From Botryllus schlosseri (lineage: Eukaryota): a DNA stretch of 64,000 bases. The stretch covers positions 8,432,001 through 8,496,000 of the forward strand of contig CM119374.1 in NCBI GenBank assembly GCA_051294905.1, given 5' to 3'. The translations under genes and the position numbers were made by a program. The number at the start of each line of letters is the position of its first letter. Position 1 is the stretch's first letter. This document shows, piece after piece, positions 12,001 through 25,700 of this stretch. Below the pieces are notes generated by a model. The model was not told the DNA's origin and searched no databases. It saw nothing but the letters and a program-made list of their open reading frames with translations.

Positions 12001-14445
12001 TATTTCCAAAATAGCTGAAATGTCAATTCGACTGACCTCGGTTTCTCTGGTTGGAATTGAGTAAAATTTGGTGTGCAACGTACTTTTTTTAGGTAAACTC
12101 ACGATTTGACAACTAAGTCTCGAAATATGAATAAAAAAAGTTTGTTTTTTTGACACCCCTATTGCACATGCATAACAAGAGCAGTGTGTGTAGGTCGACA
12201 AATAGGACATTGCATAGACAATAGGATCAGTCTAGACTTCCCGGGGTGATACCACTGCATCCTCCGTTATGCATTGTTTACACAAATGGTAGGGGTGAGG
12301 ACTGAGGAGGCCAAGATGAGACGTGCAATTTTTTCACAGAACAATTTTCTGATGGACAGATTCCTTTAACTATGTTGTTCCCACAATGTCATTCTACAGT
12401 CCTACCATATTAACAAAGCAAACAGATTTGAGGTTGGGCAGAAAAATGACAAATACTATATTTTCATGGTATGTGTAAGTTGCGTGAATTCATGTTTGTA
12501 AGGGCATAACTGTCACAGTATTTCATATTATAAAACAACATTACTGGAGCTGGGGTGGAGTGCAATATTAGCGGTGCAGTCATGCACTTACCTCTAAAAA
12601 GTAAGACATTGGGACAAATTAGGGAAAATACTTGAGGAATTTTTATGTTCGACTGACATCTTTAAATTGAAAAGGTTTTGCAAACAATTAACTATCTCCT
12701 TACCAGTATTTTTATTTTTCCACAAACTCCAACAAAATGTCTCTAAACAGCAAAATGATTGTATCAGTAGGTTATTGGCAATTTGGCAATTAAAATGAAT
12801 TTACACAGTACGATATTTCATGCCCGGCGATTATTCTGATGATGTGAGTCATGAGGATTTAGTAGTTGGGGAGCAAAACTGCGTCGTGATTTCCCTAATT
12901 TAAAAAATTTGAAATTCGTTTATCAATCATTTAAAAAATTTATAGGTCTCGCGTCTCGCAGACCCCCTTAAATTGCTTCGCAGACCCCCGGTTGAGAACC
13001 ACTGGGGCTATACCATACCATACACTCATAACCATAAACTCGTCATGCTTACCTGTTGTATCGTATTTAGCGAGTTTTTCGCTGATCTTTATCCAAATAT
13101 TATCTTTTCGTATTTTATCCAAAAATTTCGTATGTGTAGAGTCATAGAGCACTGGGTAGTCCCGGACGCTCTCGATCAGATCCTCATTAAAATTCATATC
13201 AAATGCACAGCATATAAATAGGCCTGTCACTGCATACAAGAAAATATGAGAAAATATAAAAACAATAGGGCCCTTTCCATCACAAGAACTGAGCCCCAAC
13301 ATATTATATCTACCGATCTATCTATCTATCTATATCTATCTATCTATCTGTATATTTATCAATGATTCAATATACCAACATATCTGGTGCCATGATTACC
13401 GACCATCTCATATTGTTCTCAACAAGTACCGGTATACAGTGCGGTAAACAATATTGGCACTGTACTCCACTACAATTGAAGTAAATTAGTACTGTTATTT
13501 CAAACAACAACGCCACTGCCACAGCATCTCTTCTCCCTGCGATTCACAACACTCAACAAAACATCACCCAGCAAGCCAAATACGACTGAAGCACACGATG
13601 AACGACCAGCCGTCGGCGCCGATAGCCGATAAAGTTAAAAATATTTTAACTCGATTCGCGCCGGTAGGCTTTCGGCCAGGCTCGCGAAAAACGAGAGAAC
13701 GCTTCTTCGTACGCGACCTGTCTGTATCGCATAGGTTTTCGGCTATCGGCTAGGTTTCCGGCTATAGGCTAGGTTTTCGGCAATAGGCGTCCTGTCTGGC
13801 GATCCCTTAAGTCATCTGATATGTGCACTAGGGGTCTTCAAAAGGCTACTATTCCCCTCAATAGTGGAACTAAAATCCCAATCACACAGTGTATGCGAGA
13901 ATTCGATCATTGTGTTTCGCGAAGCAAATGGAGAAGCGGACGATCATAAAATACTCAGAAGTTTTAGCATATGATCTACCTGAGCCGTAATTGCCGCACC
14001 CTAACCCCCAATTGGGGAACTAGAAGGGGCCCAGAAAGATTAATTCGTTGGTCGTTTGTTAGAAGATATTCATTCAACTTCAAAATTTTCGTCGCGCCCG
14101 GCGCGACTTCATGCCACGATATGTTTGTTTTTTATTTCATCAGTAAATTAGGAAAAAATGGGAATATTTTAGAGAAATAGGCATATCGGCGCCGTCGATT
14201 ACCACGCATTGAACAGGAATATGACTTTAAGATTAGAGGTGGGCCACAGAACATTTTCAAACCGGAAAATGGGCCACGGCCAAGAAAGGGCTGAGAACCC
14301 GTGTACTAGATATAGCAGCAATAATAGCCTATATTAGTTCTTAATCATGCATTTCAAAATCCCAAGGAAAAACAAATAGGCTGCTCACCTTCTTCCATCA
14401 TCTTTTTACCGTCGCAAGATTTGGTGTCGTTTTTATATTCGTTAT
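1..14445 (-). CDS. Multi-exon Gly/Lys/Asp-rich low-complexity protein gene (runs off the left edge). Exons 14389-14445, 6069-6152, 1919-2020, 123-236 and <1-59
   Basis: The four complete exons have AG/GT boundaries and are symmetric phase 1-1 (57, 84, 102, 114 nt); the fifth has a phase-1 acceptor but its donor lies outside the window. All are open in one frame: DNEYKNDTKSCDGKKMMEE; GCMKRRMGGKGKKSNGTKEDDDSKNGMR; GAGRGGGGGMEGKGGKSIGTSDDDDDKRPMKGSG; DRPGRGPGSKGGMPGKGKKHNGTSGDDEDDNKPSKRGP; GTRGGNNDGDDERKGPRRGS. Joining them into one gene is inference. Confidence 0.62.
387..1885 (+). mobile_element. Non-autonomous hAT (Charlie/Buster-like) element with a nested hAT MITE at about 717-1573
   Basis: TIRs CAGTGGTTCCCAACC...GGTTGGGAACCACTG. 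Perfect 8-bp TSD TCTTAGAT (379-386, 1886-1893). Carries a hAT C-terminal dimerisation-region remnant; the same segment in the copy at 2419 reads TWECEQGFSSLMTIKSK. Confidence 0.88.
2419..3690 (+). mobile_element. Second copy of the same composite hAT element
   Basis: Same TIRs. Perfect 8-bp TSD CTCTAAAT (2411-2418, 3691-3698). ORF 2511-2783 contains LLIFPFTWECEQGFSSLMTIKSKTRNRL. Same nested insert at the same position. Confidence 0.88.
9055..9927 (+). pseudogene. Harbinger (HARBI1/DDE_Tnp_4-type) transposase, N-terminus missing, two frameshifts
   Basis: Motifs WDFPMGLGAIDGKHITI, FYNYKGNYSIVL, DIGDSGRHSDGGVF, VPYVIVGDAAFP and FNYRLSRARRVIENAFG are spread over different frames. Confidence 0.92.
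10670..13197 (-). pseudogene. Harbinger accessory MADF/Myb-like DNA-binding protein gene (spliced)
   Basis: Exon near 13070-13197 encodes MNFNEDLIESVRDYPVLYD...KDNIWIKISEKL. Exon near 11715-11872 encodes CKKRWKQLRDRF, a frameshift, then ELKKAKSSGSAA...FTHYQSMSFL. Terminal exon 10670-10909 encodes ...EYAHFGSMVAKMLEKLP. Confidence 0.8.
13312..13350. repeat. (TATC)n microsatellite
   Basis: A TATC/TCTA run is visible directly. Confidence 0.85.
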
Positions 14446-15930
14446 CTGTTGGAACAAACGGTGATTAAGCGAATATAATCTGAATATATATGACTATATC
14501 AATCATCTGACATATAGAGTAGGGTTGCCATACGTCCGCAATTTCCCGGACATGTCCGAAAAAACTTCGTCCGGGAGGAAATTGTAAGATATGCCCAAAT
14601 GTCCGGAATTTTGAAGGCTTGAAGTAGGCTTAAAATAATGTCGTAAATCAACATTAATGATATCTGCTTCAAGCAGATTTATGCTATTTGATTTTTTTTT
14701 TGGCATCAACATTAATGATATCTGCTTTAAGCAGATTTATGCTATTTGAATTTTTTATTCGCGCTGCGAGCGATTTAATACGACGTATATGGATATTAAT
14801 ATAGTGACCACGCACCGCCTTCACAAACAATGCAATGAAAAATAAATAAAAAATAACCATCATTTACTGAAATAAGTGTAATTGTACTCGCAATTATATG
14901 ATAACGATCTATTCATTCAGTTGGTTAAGGCCGTTTGGATGCTTTAGTTTAGTCAAAGACAGTTGTCCTAAACCTTGGGGTCATTTGCCTTTATTCTGGG
15001 GATAGAAAAGATGTTGGACGTAATCAGCTTCCAAAATAGGCCGTGAAAAAGTCCGGGCAAGGTGACTTTTTTATTAATCTACTAATTCTTTTTTGAGCCG
15101 GACCACGGAACATTTTCAAATTTGAAATGAGCTCGAGGCCATAAAAGGTTGGAAACCACCGGACGTGCAATCTACTGGTGTATTTTATAGTGATATATAG
15201 AAGAACCAATAATATTGACAGAATTCATTCACAAAGTTTAACAAGGAAATGCATATAATTAGCCCGCAAGAAGTTGCATCGATTACCCTATGGTGGGCCC
15301 AAGATTAGTGCTTTTTGGGCGAAAGGGGGCTGAAAAATGGTTGTTTCTGATCTTGTTACAATTCACAACCAGACAATCGCACCGACCTAACGATAAAGCA
15401 GGTTTGTCAAACACACAACCGGCGCACCGGATAAGGTCCACCAGACGATTTCATCCGGCCCGTGAAGAAATCTGTTGCTGACCCAAGAAATCACCAGAGC
15501 TCACATTAGAGATGGTCCAATTCAAAACCTATGTTCCACTGCACTCCTGTCTACAGTCGATAGGTGAAACTTTGCTAGTGTGACGTCATATTAACTGCCA
15601 ATGTGTTCACACCTCATTGTGAAATCCGCTAACAGGCGCTAGAGAGTGTCTGGAACAGGATCCACAAAAATATGGTGGCCGTAATATAGATGAAAATAAA
15701 ATATAGAAAGTGCTGATGACAAGTTGTCTGAGAGCGTTCTATATTATTGTTACTATAATTATCTGTTTCCGGTTATGGCTAATACTATGCACAGATTCGA
15801 CATTGACTCTGCGACACTGTGTCAGGAACAGTCACGGTAAATTCCATCACGGAAATGCTACTGTTGTCTCACCACTGTTTTTTTAAAACCTTTATCGTCA
15901 AGCATGGATTTGATTTTGCAAAGAAATTAC

Positions 15931-16422
15931 CCCATCCGTATTTTCTTGCCTGCTTCATCCTCATCATCAGTATTATTCTTTCCTCCATGCCTCACTCGTC
16001 TTCTATCGGAAACTCATTTCGCGAACTGGCGAGTGAGTGTTCGCATGCGGTTGAATCTCATGTGAGATCTTTGCAGTCGGCGCATGGACTCTAGAAATAC
16101 GTGAAAATATTAGCAATAACTCCAGACCATAATTTCTCTAACCTAGGGGGGAGGGGGGTTGAGAAAGCTACAACCCGAAGACGATACGGTACCCAATTTG
16201 TCGCTCGAACCGCTTGACATCCACCTTTCTGATACCTTATTCAGTTGCATACACATTTTATGGATAGATTTCAAATAATAAGCTTCAAACTAATAGCGTT
16301 TTGAACATAGAAGTTTAAGTGAATTGAGCCTGGCTTAGAAACAAGAATGATTGTAAGTTACTACAGCGTGACACTGAGCATTGCGAAGCAACACAACCAG
16401 TACTAATTGTCAACGAAATCAT
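15931..16422 (-). pseudogene. Possible damaged 5' exons of the Gly/Asp-rich gene: a signal-peptide-like exon and an Arg/Asp-rich exon
   Basis: 15931-16090 has AG/GT ends and reads SMRRLQRSHMRFNRMRTLTRQFAK*VSDRRRVRHGGKNNTDDEDEAGKKIRM, with one TGA and a phase-2 end. The ATG at 16422 has the same CGAATATGATT context as the genes at 24878 and 45031, but its hydrophobic stretch needs a frameshift. Confidence 0.3.
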
Positions 16423-16909
16423 ATTCGAATAATGCGTTCAATTTTGCACGGTGATATTCGACTGTACCTCACGTAACAATAACATTGATCGACATTTTTC
16501 AACTTTTTTTTCCTTTTTTTTCAACAAAAAATTGAGTTTACCTAATTTGACTATGCTGATTCCGAAATTGCAGTTAAAATTCACCCATCACGTCACACTT
16601 TTTTTGCAAAAAATGAATGAAAATTTTACTCTAAAACGGTTGTATTCAGCCCTATTTCAGGTCAAGATGTCCGTACGTGAAACGAACACAGCCGACAAGG
16701 CGCTTATTTTACTCGATTGAATTTGTTAGAATAAACTTTACGCTCTCAACCTATACCCTAGACCCCAAACGATCGTAATTATATTCATTTACTCAGTAAA
16801 ATTTTGTTTGAAACAAATTTATTTCTTATTCCTTACTGGTGTTTGGCATAAACTTTTTTCTTTTTTCTTTTCTTGCAGCCTCGTTATTCTCGCAGTCGCG
16901 TTTCAGGCA

Positions 16910-17832
16910 TCAACAATAGTCTGCCATCATCGTCACATCCAATCGCCCTTGATACCGGGTCTCCATAGTCTTGATGTCCTGATAAAAACGTTCACCATGC
17001 TCCTCACTCATGTCACCCAAGTTTTGAGGAAACTTTTCCAAATGTGCGTGTAGAAAATGGACTTTCAAACTCATCAGACATCCAAGTGCTTGATAAGAAA
17101 CCAACATGTTTGCCACAATATTTTACGGTAATCCGGATCTTTAGTATTTACCAGAAATTAAGATACAACTTCTGTGAAGGAGAGCCATGCTTTTCTTGTC
17201 ACATCCGTCATGGTAATAAGAAATTGAGGGTCTTTGGTGAGTGTTCTGATTTGAGGTCCAACAAATACAGCCTCTTTAACCTTCTCGGCACTCAAGTGAG
17301 GAAATTTTTCTCGAATGTATTCAAAGCATGCATCTTCTTTGTTGAGGGCTTTTACAAACTGTTTCATGAGACCCAGTTTTATATGCAATGGGGGAAGTAA
17401 AACATTAGATCTGTCGATGAGAGCAGGCTGTAAAACATTTTTATAATCGTGTCTAAGATATTCCCTCAACGGCCACTCACGTTTAATCCAATGATTTCTT
17501 CTGTCTCGGCTGTCCCATTCACACATAAAACAAGGGTACTTTGTAAATCCACATTGTTGACCCAGTAGCATATTTAGTACTTTGAAATCAACACAAACTT
17601 TTCATGTGCGAGTGCTATATTGCAACTTCGAAAGCAAATGTTTCATATTTTCGTAAGACTCCTTCATGCTAGTTGAATGAGCTACCGGGATAGAAGCAAA
17701 TTGATTTGTGTTGTGCAGCAAAACAGCTTTTAGGCTTGACTTTGATGCATCAATAAAGAGGGGCCATTCACTGGGAGTATACACTGTTCCCAATTTCTCT
17801 AGAAGACCTCGCATACCCACATAATAGACCAA
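16910..17832 (-). pseudogene. CMC-superfamily (Chapaev3-like) transposase relic
   Basis: Motifs LFIDASKSSLKAVLLH, GFTKYPCFMCEWDSR, LLPPLHIKLGLMKQFVKAL, LKVHFLHAHL, SEEHGERFYQDI and MMADYC across frameshifts. The C(2)C, LH and H(4)H pattern is typical of CMC transposases. A possible terminus CACGGTG lies near 16447. Confidence 0.7.
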
Positions 17833-19756
17833 AGAGTGCTCGGAGGCTAAGAAGCGTGTGTATTCACTCTCACGATTGTTATACCAAGCAAAAGTAGTAT
17901 CAGTGAGTCAGTATCGAGAAGCATGCGTGGCATTATTGAGAAACTATCCCGTTTTGAAAAGCAATAACAAAGAAAATTCCAGCTATGTAAGGGATTGAGA
18001 ACTTTTAAATTCCTGGGGTCCGCGAATCCGTATTGAAACCTCACCGCAGAATGAATTTCTCCTGTGATGTATATACCACTAGAGTTATCGGCACAACAAT
18101 AAGCATATAGAATGAGATTCAAACGAAAACCAATTGGCAAAGTATGACGTAACAATGCAATGATAAAAGGAAACTCTAGGCCAGTGGTTCTCAACTGGGG
18201 GTCCGCGAAGCATTTTCGGGGTTCGCGAGCCCTCTAAATTTGCAAGATGATTGGAAATAAATTTGTAACTTTTTTAAATAAGAGAAATCATGAAGCAGTT
18301 TCGCTTCAAACTGCTAATGCTTCAGTTAGCACATCAACGGAATGGCCGTATGAGATTAAATACCCTACTGTGTAGAACAGATGAGTCGAACTCAAATTAC
18401 GTCGCGGGTCGGATTCAAAAATTCCAAATGCTCGCGGGCCGCACGCTTTGCTTTTCACCTGCACACATTATTACCTAGCATATATTCATAATAGTATATT
18501 AGAATGACATCACAATTACAATTTCAATTACAACTGTATCACCGATCATAGGCGCTTTCTTCTATCAAGTAGCAACACCTTAATTCGCGACCAATGGAAT
18601 TGACGATGATGATTGGCTGGTTGAATACTCTTATGAACCAATGCTAAAACAGTGGCGGTAACGACGATACAAGTTCACTTATTTCCATGCTCAATTTGCT
18701 CAAGTTGCAATCTGGCGTTAGCCGTGTGTATGCGTTGTGAGGAATACAAGAAATTCAACTGTAAACGCGAACTTTTGAATTTGTTGTATTCTTACTAAAT
18801 CACGATTCCGGTTTCTCTAGATTCTGGGGACCTATTGAGTCAGAAATGACACAGCACCACGACCATGCACTGATATTTGAATAATATTTTCATGTAAATA
18901 ATATATTATCCATGTAAACTTCATATAGAGGTCCGGCATTGTCGTTTTTGCTGGCGTGAATAACTACTTTTTGGAACATTATTCCATGAAACTCAACTCA
19001 GTGGAAACTATCGAAGGTGTCTGTCTATATCAGGGGTGGGCAAACCGCGGCCTGCGGGCCATATGCGGCCCGCGAGAAGGTTTGGAGTAGCCCGCGAGCT
19101 AATTTCCCGTTCTATTATCGATATTCTGTTATGTTATAATTATCGAAATTGAATTGCTCATATTGTGAACTTGCAAAGCCAATCACAAATATAATTAGTA
19201 TGGCCGCGACACTTGGAATGTTGATGACTAAAATATCAGTTCCGACGCATTGGCAGATACAGGGTCCAGCAGTCACATTTTTAGTAAATTGTCGTACAAT
19301 ACAATAAACTATAAAAGTAGTAAAATTTTTCATCACGCATCGCGTGTTTAATTGTCACACGATTTCTTTCTCTATAGCCTACCGCCACCTGAAAATGAAA
19401 AAAACGCCTGATTCAGCCGATTGAGTCTAACTATATTAACAATTACGAGAAAAAGTATATTCGCGTTTGCGCTCGCAGAAAGATCGGCGACGATGAAATG
19501 TAGGCACGAAATGATTGTCGTATATTAGCGGAAATCTTCGATATCGATATGTCCTTCCTTGCAAACTGATCCCAGCGGGTGGTATACAGTCGACCCGCAA
19601 TATACCCAAGTAATAATAATATTAACTTCGAAAATTTTACGCGCCTTGCGCGGCTAGTGCGCAGCGCACTCGTTCGTCAATTTCACGTGGCCCTTTAGCC
19701 GAAAAATTTAGCCACCTCTGTTCTATATAAATTAGTAATTTACCCGTGGGTTAGTT

Positions 19757-22700
19757 ATCTATAGTAATCTAGAGTCTGTTAGCCGTCAGTAACATCGGAT
19801 GCAGCAACGAAGACATGGATGCCACCGAGTCGGCTTGTGACGACATAATGAATACTTGCCAATTGTCGATAACATCATAGTTGCACTAGAACGCATTTTA
19901 CTCCGTGCCATTGCTGTGTACAGCAATAAAATTCTGATGTGGCGTTTTAACACTGGCACTGTACTCGTTAACATTAAGCCATACAGCTCAATTCAATCTT
20001 TAAATGTGCGATTAATATTCAACTGTAACTGTAGTAAGAGCAATATCGGCGGATATAACCACGTGATCAATAAAAATTCGATTTGTACCAAATGGCCAAT
20101 GGTTTGACGTTCGATATTGGTGCACACGTTACAAGTCCATCCGGTGTCGATCAAGTATATCGGAATATAATATTTTCCCATTGAAACGAATCGAATAATC
20201 GAATTAAACACTGTGCCATGCATATTGCGCCATGCCCATAACGAATTAAACTATGCATTATGCACATTGCACATTTACAAGTTTACGAAACATATGATTA
20301 CAAATTGGTAATCGCGTATCAAATCAGTAATTTGTCTCCAACATAAAATACCAGGGGGTTTTGGGCTACTCTTCTGCCATCCCCTATTTACGCTCGAAAG
20401 TCCTTACTGGAGTGAATGACGATGATGCGCAGTAATGAATTCCAATTAGCATGCATAATCGCATACTCAATAACACTGTCCAATTTCATAGCCCGATTAA
20501 AGAACTATCACGAAAGAACGCGTATTTGCTCATCCGATTCATAGCAACGATGAGACGGAATTTTTCAGCTCGTGCTCGTCATATCGACATGTGAAACGAA
20601 ATCACGTTTTTATCCTCTCTCCCATTTCACGCAATACATAGTGATCATTATTTTCGAACCGTATACAATTGGCCAACAAGGTTGTGCTGATGATGAAATT
20701 GCGGGTATGCCGCAAACCCACAATATTCACAGGCATATTTTGCACACCGAGGTTCGGCACTAATGTATGAAAATTGAACATTGAACATACGAATGCTCTG
20801 CTGTTCAATCCCCAGGAACATGGTTAGTCGGAAAAGGTAGCACCAAAGAGGAAAGGATTCTTAATTTCGCGAAGGCCTGTTGTTGAATTAGGTGAACTCA
20901 GAAGATATGGTTGTTGCATATATAATAGCATCTTATGAAATACGTCGAAGCCGGAGCTACCCCTCAAATACCTGGCTCCAGCTCTGGTTCCGGCTTAATT
21001 TTATGTAGAGTTCCGGCATAGGCTGCAGCTCAGGTAAAAATGCACGGCTTCGGACCTCCTGCTCCGGGCTCCGGCTCAAAAGCCCTGCTTGTAACCTTCA
21101 TGGCTGCTGCGCATACTTCATTGTACTTATCCGTGTCAACAAGGCCCAAAAGTTTGCTGCAGCCCGGTGGGCTTTGCGTTGGAAGTAATTTTGTAGTGTT
21201 ACAATTTCAATCTCCAACAGTTCAGCATTCAGACATGAGAGATTTCATTATACCGGACAGCAGCAACGATTACAGAGAGTTAGAAACATGGTACTAAATT
21301 GCGTTGAGTGTAAGAAAAACGAGCTGTGTCAAAAGGTGCAACACGTAATCGCCATACAGTTGATGAAAATCTGCTTATTCTTCACGGCTATCTGCTATCA
21401 AATACTAATGTTGTTTTCTACTTTGGCATTGTCCTGGACGTCGAGTTACCATAACGGAACCCCTCGCCATGTCAAGAAGACCATGGAAGGAATTCCGTCA
21501 TGTAACCTGTACAGGCAGTGCGCCGTACCCTACGTCTTCGAAATCTAGTCATTCTATTTCATGTTGTTACATCACTAATTATAATTGAGGATATTTGATA
21601 TCATCATTTTATGTGTTTATATAAATGTAATGTCATTTGTAAGTTACATGTTAGTGCGATTCAAACACGAATAGCTAAGTCAATCATTCTATATGTTTGA
21701 AAGCTCACAGGTAATAATCTTATGAATATTAGTAAATGCTGCTATTCGATCTATTTTTTTATAACATGCTCGCGGGCTGTGGTCCTCGCGGGCTCTCTGG
21801 GACCCGCGGGCACCGCGTTGGTGGCCCCTACTTTATAGATGATGGAATGGTGGGTTGGCGTGTTGGTATGCCGACCATATTTGGAGAAGGATACGACAAT
21901 TTTCTTCATATTGGAGAGGTAATTTGTTCGTAGATAGATGATGTATAATGCACATTGCACACATCTCGGATTATAAGTTTGAAAATTTTGAGAAAGTGTC
22001 CACTTTTCGGATTCCTAAAATATGGTAATCAGCTTAATATAATGCATTGAATACCATATTTGTATGTTTTCAATGGATTTGCATTCTTCGATATTGCATA
22101 ACGCAGCGATGTATGATGCAGCTGAGACTGAAGGGGAAGGTTAGGGTGGAAAGTATTTCCACTATATGGGATAGAGAGGAAAGTATTTCCACCATATTAG
22201 AGATTTGATTTGCATTCGATCACATACGGGAGAAAACGTGAACCACTTCATATGGAGGAAATTTCCAACTTCTAGATTTACAGTGTGTTTAGACGAGACA
22301 ATACGATCCTAATGAGTACTGATTTTCCATTCCTCGAATCCCGCCTGCTCAGCTAAAATCTGCTAATGTGGACTCGGAAAACGTTGCGTATCGGTCCTCT
22401 ATTCCATCTAACAAATCAAGAGCTTCAAATTGAACAGGAACGTAGATGAAGGCTTTGATTGAAATTCTAAGATGCGTAAGCGAGCTTCGCAATAGTGCTT
22501 GCTCGTCCGTTGATCATGGAATGGTGAAAGATACAGCATTGTGCATTCCTTTACCGCCTTGTCCTGGGCGGCTTCGAGCTGCTGAAAAAAGAGTTTGTTT
22601 AATAACGTGCGACGCAAACATGCAGATAGAAAACATTGTATTTACCGGGACGACCCTCAAAGGAGCCAGGGCTTGGTCGATTCCGCATTCCTCTGCCTTG

Positions 22701-25700
22701 TCAAGGGCGACTTTGACCTCCTGTAAAAGGGAATTAAATTAATTAGTCACGACACAAATGCGCAAATTTATAAAAATGTCTTTACTGGGGCGAACCCCAA
22801 ATGAGCCAGGGCCTTGTCGATTCTGCATTCCTCTATCGCCTTGTCCTGGGTGACTTTGAGCTACTGGTAAAGTTATTTTAATTAATAACGGACGACACAA
22901 ATGTACAGATGAATAACACTGTACTTACCGGGACGTCTACCGAATAAGCCAGGTCCTTGTCGATTCTGCATTCCTCTGCCGCCTTGTCCTGGACCACTTT
23001 GACCTCCTGAAAAGTGGGTTTAGTTGATTGCGGATTATTACATATCATGATTCATTCGACCACACATATGCGCTATTGTAATGTAAACATCAGCAAGATC
23101 TGAAATTCACCTTGTCCACCATGCTGACGATTACCTTGTCCATAATTAGGGAATCGACGGAATGGACCTGGATCATCGTCGTCGTCGTTGTATCCACGAC
23201 CTGGTCCTGGCCGTCTCTGCGTCCCTGAAATGCAATTTAAAATATATTAGTCAGTCCGCTTTGTCTGGGTCTTCTAGAGCAGTGGTTCTCAACCGCCGGT
23301 CCGCGGACCCGTGCTTGTCTGCGACGTCTTTTCTGCCGGTCCGCCAGGTATATAAAAATTTACGCCAAATTTCAAGATGCAAGATGTAAAGCTTGGCAAA
23401 TGTCCTTTGATAAAATAAATGAAGCCTCAAATTTTAAAATGATTCACAACATAGTGTGGTAACATTAGGCCTGGAAACATGTTCGATTTGACTTGAAGTT
23501 CAAGCCGTCTCCGGTGATGACATGCGAGCAACACGTACGAGCTGACTAGCTGAACCACGCAGTTCGCACAATCATTCGTTTCGATTCATTCATTTTGTGG
23601 ATGATCAAGTGTCGCTGTGGACAGGTGTTTCCGTGCGTCGCATTGTATTCGTAGTACGTCTGGTTGCAGTGGATAATGAGCAAGATAGCATGACAAGGTG
23701 CTTGGTCTGACTCCGAAACGTCTCTTCATTCGATATTATCGAAGAGAGGAATATTATTCGATGGAACCAATCACGGTATTGAGGACGAGTTGTGTATTTG
23801 CTAATATTATAATTAGGCTGTTATGGGTCGAAGGAAGTCTTTAATTCGTTATAAGCTCCTAATGAATCAACTAATAAACAACAAATTACTCGGCCAAACG
23901 TGGGCACACCGCCTGGACTTTAGCCTTCAATGCAATAGGCTTATTACTTCTCCTCATTTTTTGTTCACAACATTAGACGGGTAGTAGTCCAGTTGGACGC
24001 AATGAAGCAATCAATTTTGCTGCAAAAGCACAGCTCATTGATTTACAAAACGCCTCGTTGTTAAAACGTAGTTTTCACAAAAAATGGATGTGTTACGGCG
24101 GTCTCCTATCGAATCCTCTACCATGGGCGAAAAAGCTACCCGAATTTAATTGCCATGTGCATCTCAATGACAGGATTTCTTTGTTTTGGCTAGAATTTAA
24201 AGCTGTGCACGATAGAGACTGTTTGAAATCGCGGACTAGATGCAGGTCTGTTGGTCATAAATGCAGCCTCGTTTTACTCGTTGTTCAGTCGTATATGCTC
24301 CCATAAATAAGCATATAGCAATCTCACCACTACGTATTTTTTTCAAAGAGAAATTCTTGTACAAGTGTGCCGCAAGTGTTTTCTAAATTTTCTGGTGTGC
24401 CAGTAGCCGAAAATGTTTTGGAACCAATGCTCTAGTATCATAATTGCAAGGAATCGACTGTATACTTCAAAGTTTGAGCTGATTTCAATTTTTGCAGGTC
24501 CGCCAGTGCGCCAAATATTTCTTGAAATTTTACCGGTCCGCGGGGTTAATAAGGTTGAGAACCACTGTTCCAGACAGCGAACCATCGACAATGAAGGTAT
24601 ATGGAGGATATATAAAGTTGTCAGTGTTATGTATTGCATATTTCTCTCACCGGTTCCACCTCTCCGATGCCCCATTCCGGAGTTTCGATAACCACCAGAT
24701 CGACCTGGGCCGCTCATTTTACCGTCACCTTTGCCATCTGGTTTCTGCGTGTTGCGTCCGTCAGACATAGCTGTAAACATAATGAGATATAAAGTAGTGT
24801 AACTTTGATTTGTAAAACGTGTGATAACTTACCGATCACAACCAATCCGCACAAAACAGCCAAACGGATGAGAATCATATTAGCTTGTGAAGGTTTGTTC
24901 CGCGTTGTAATCGTATTATTCGTCGTTGCTCCTTTCGTCCCGCAAGCAAAAAACGAATATGCTACATTCATGGACTGTTCGCATTTATATAGCTTTGGCA
25001 TGTATGAACACAACGTGAACCGGGTATAATTAGACTGAACTGAACATGACGATAAAGTGCTGCAAAAATGCTAAAAAATGAAAGGAATTGTATATCTGTA
25101 ACTTCAGTTGCCGATAGTATCGCAACTAGCCCATATTTAGAATCCGCCTGTAAGGACCTTTACTCACATAACCCGGGCAATAAGCTGTTGATTTGCGTTA
25201 GTATGAGGACTGATTGGTTTGCAAAAATAGTATCATTTTCCAAATTCATGCATTTTCCATGTTTTTATTGGGCGAGGCTACCTTTGGTTATCAGGAAAAG
25301 ATGAATGATTACTACCTCGACGTAGACACTAATAGAAGTTAAAGTATTTCATCTTGAACGTTACCGTTGTGGTAATGAAACAGCGGACCAAAACATCTAC
25401 TACTATTAGCCTGCTATTCAAAATTTGTCATGTATAACAATGAAAGACCCTTAAAATTTATCGTAATTCTCAACTATTATTGTTGTGCAATTGTACATAT
25501 TATCATGTTCAGTTTCTTTTTTTTGCGAAAAAGATAATGTAATATCGCAAGTAGCTATTTTTGTGATCAACTGTAGTTAATTTAAGGTTGCCATACGTCC
25601 GGAATTTTTCGGAGATGTCCGGGATTTCATTGTTCTAACTTGCGTCCGGGAGGAATTTCTATAATATGCCTGAAGTCCGGAATTTTGAAGGCTTGACGTA

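Larger units (their letters stand above)
8871..13807. mobile_element. PIF/Harbinger DNA transposon, internally deleted
   Basis: Long TIRs AGGGATCGCCAGACAGGACGCCTATTGCCGAAAACCTA. TAA TSD (8868-8870, 13808-13810). Convergent transposase and MADF genes. Confidence 0.93.
6195..14303. mobile_element. Non-autonomous hAT element (about 3.2 kb without the insert) hosting a Harbinger element
   Basis: Ends CAGGGGTTCTCA... and ...TGAGAACCCGTG. Perfect 8-bp TSD TACTAGAT (6187-6194, 14304-14311). The GAGGTGGGCCACAG motif appears near both ends. Confidence 0.82.

Noticed and set aside
22646-23006. CRISPR-like or satellite array
   Set aside because: The ~140-bp periodicity comes from duplicated 75-78 nt exons plus short GT-AG introns. 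The context is eukaryotic and there are no cas genes.
24343-24780. The 145/146-aa ORFs here and at 45129-45569 as standalone genes
   Set aside because: Only the first ~41 codons are exon 2 of the secreted-protein gene. The rest reads through intron and MITE sequence.
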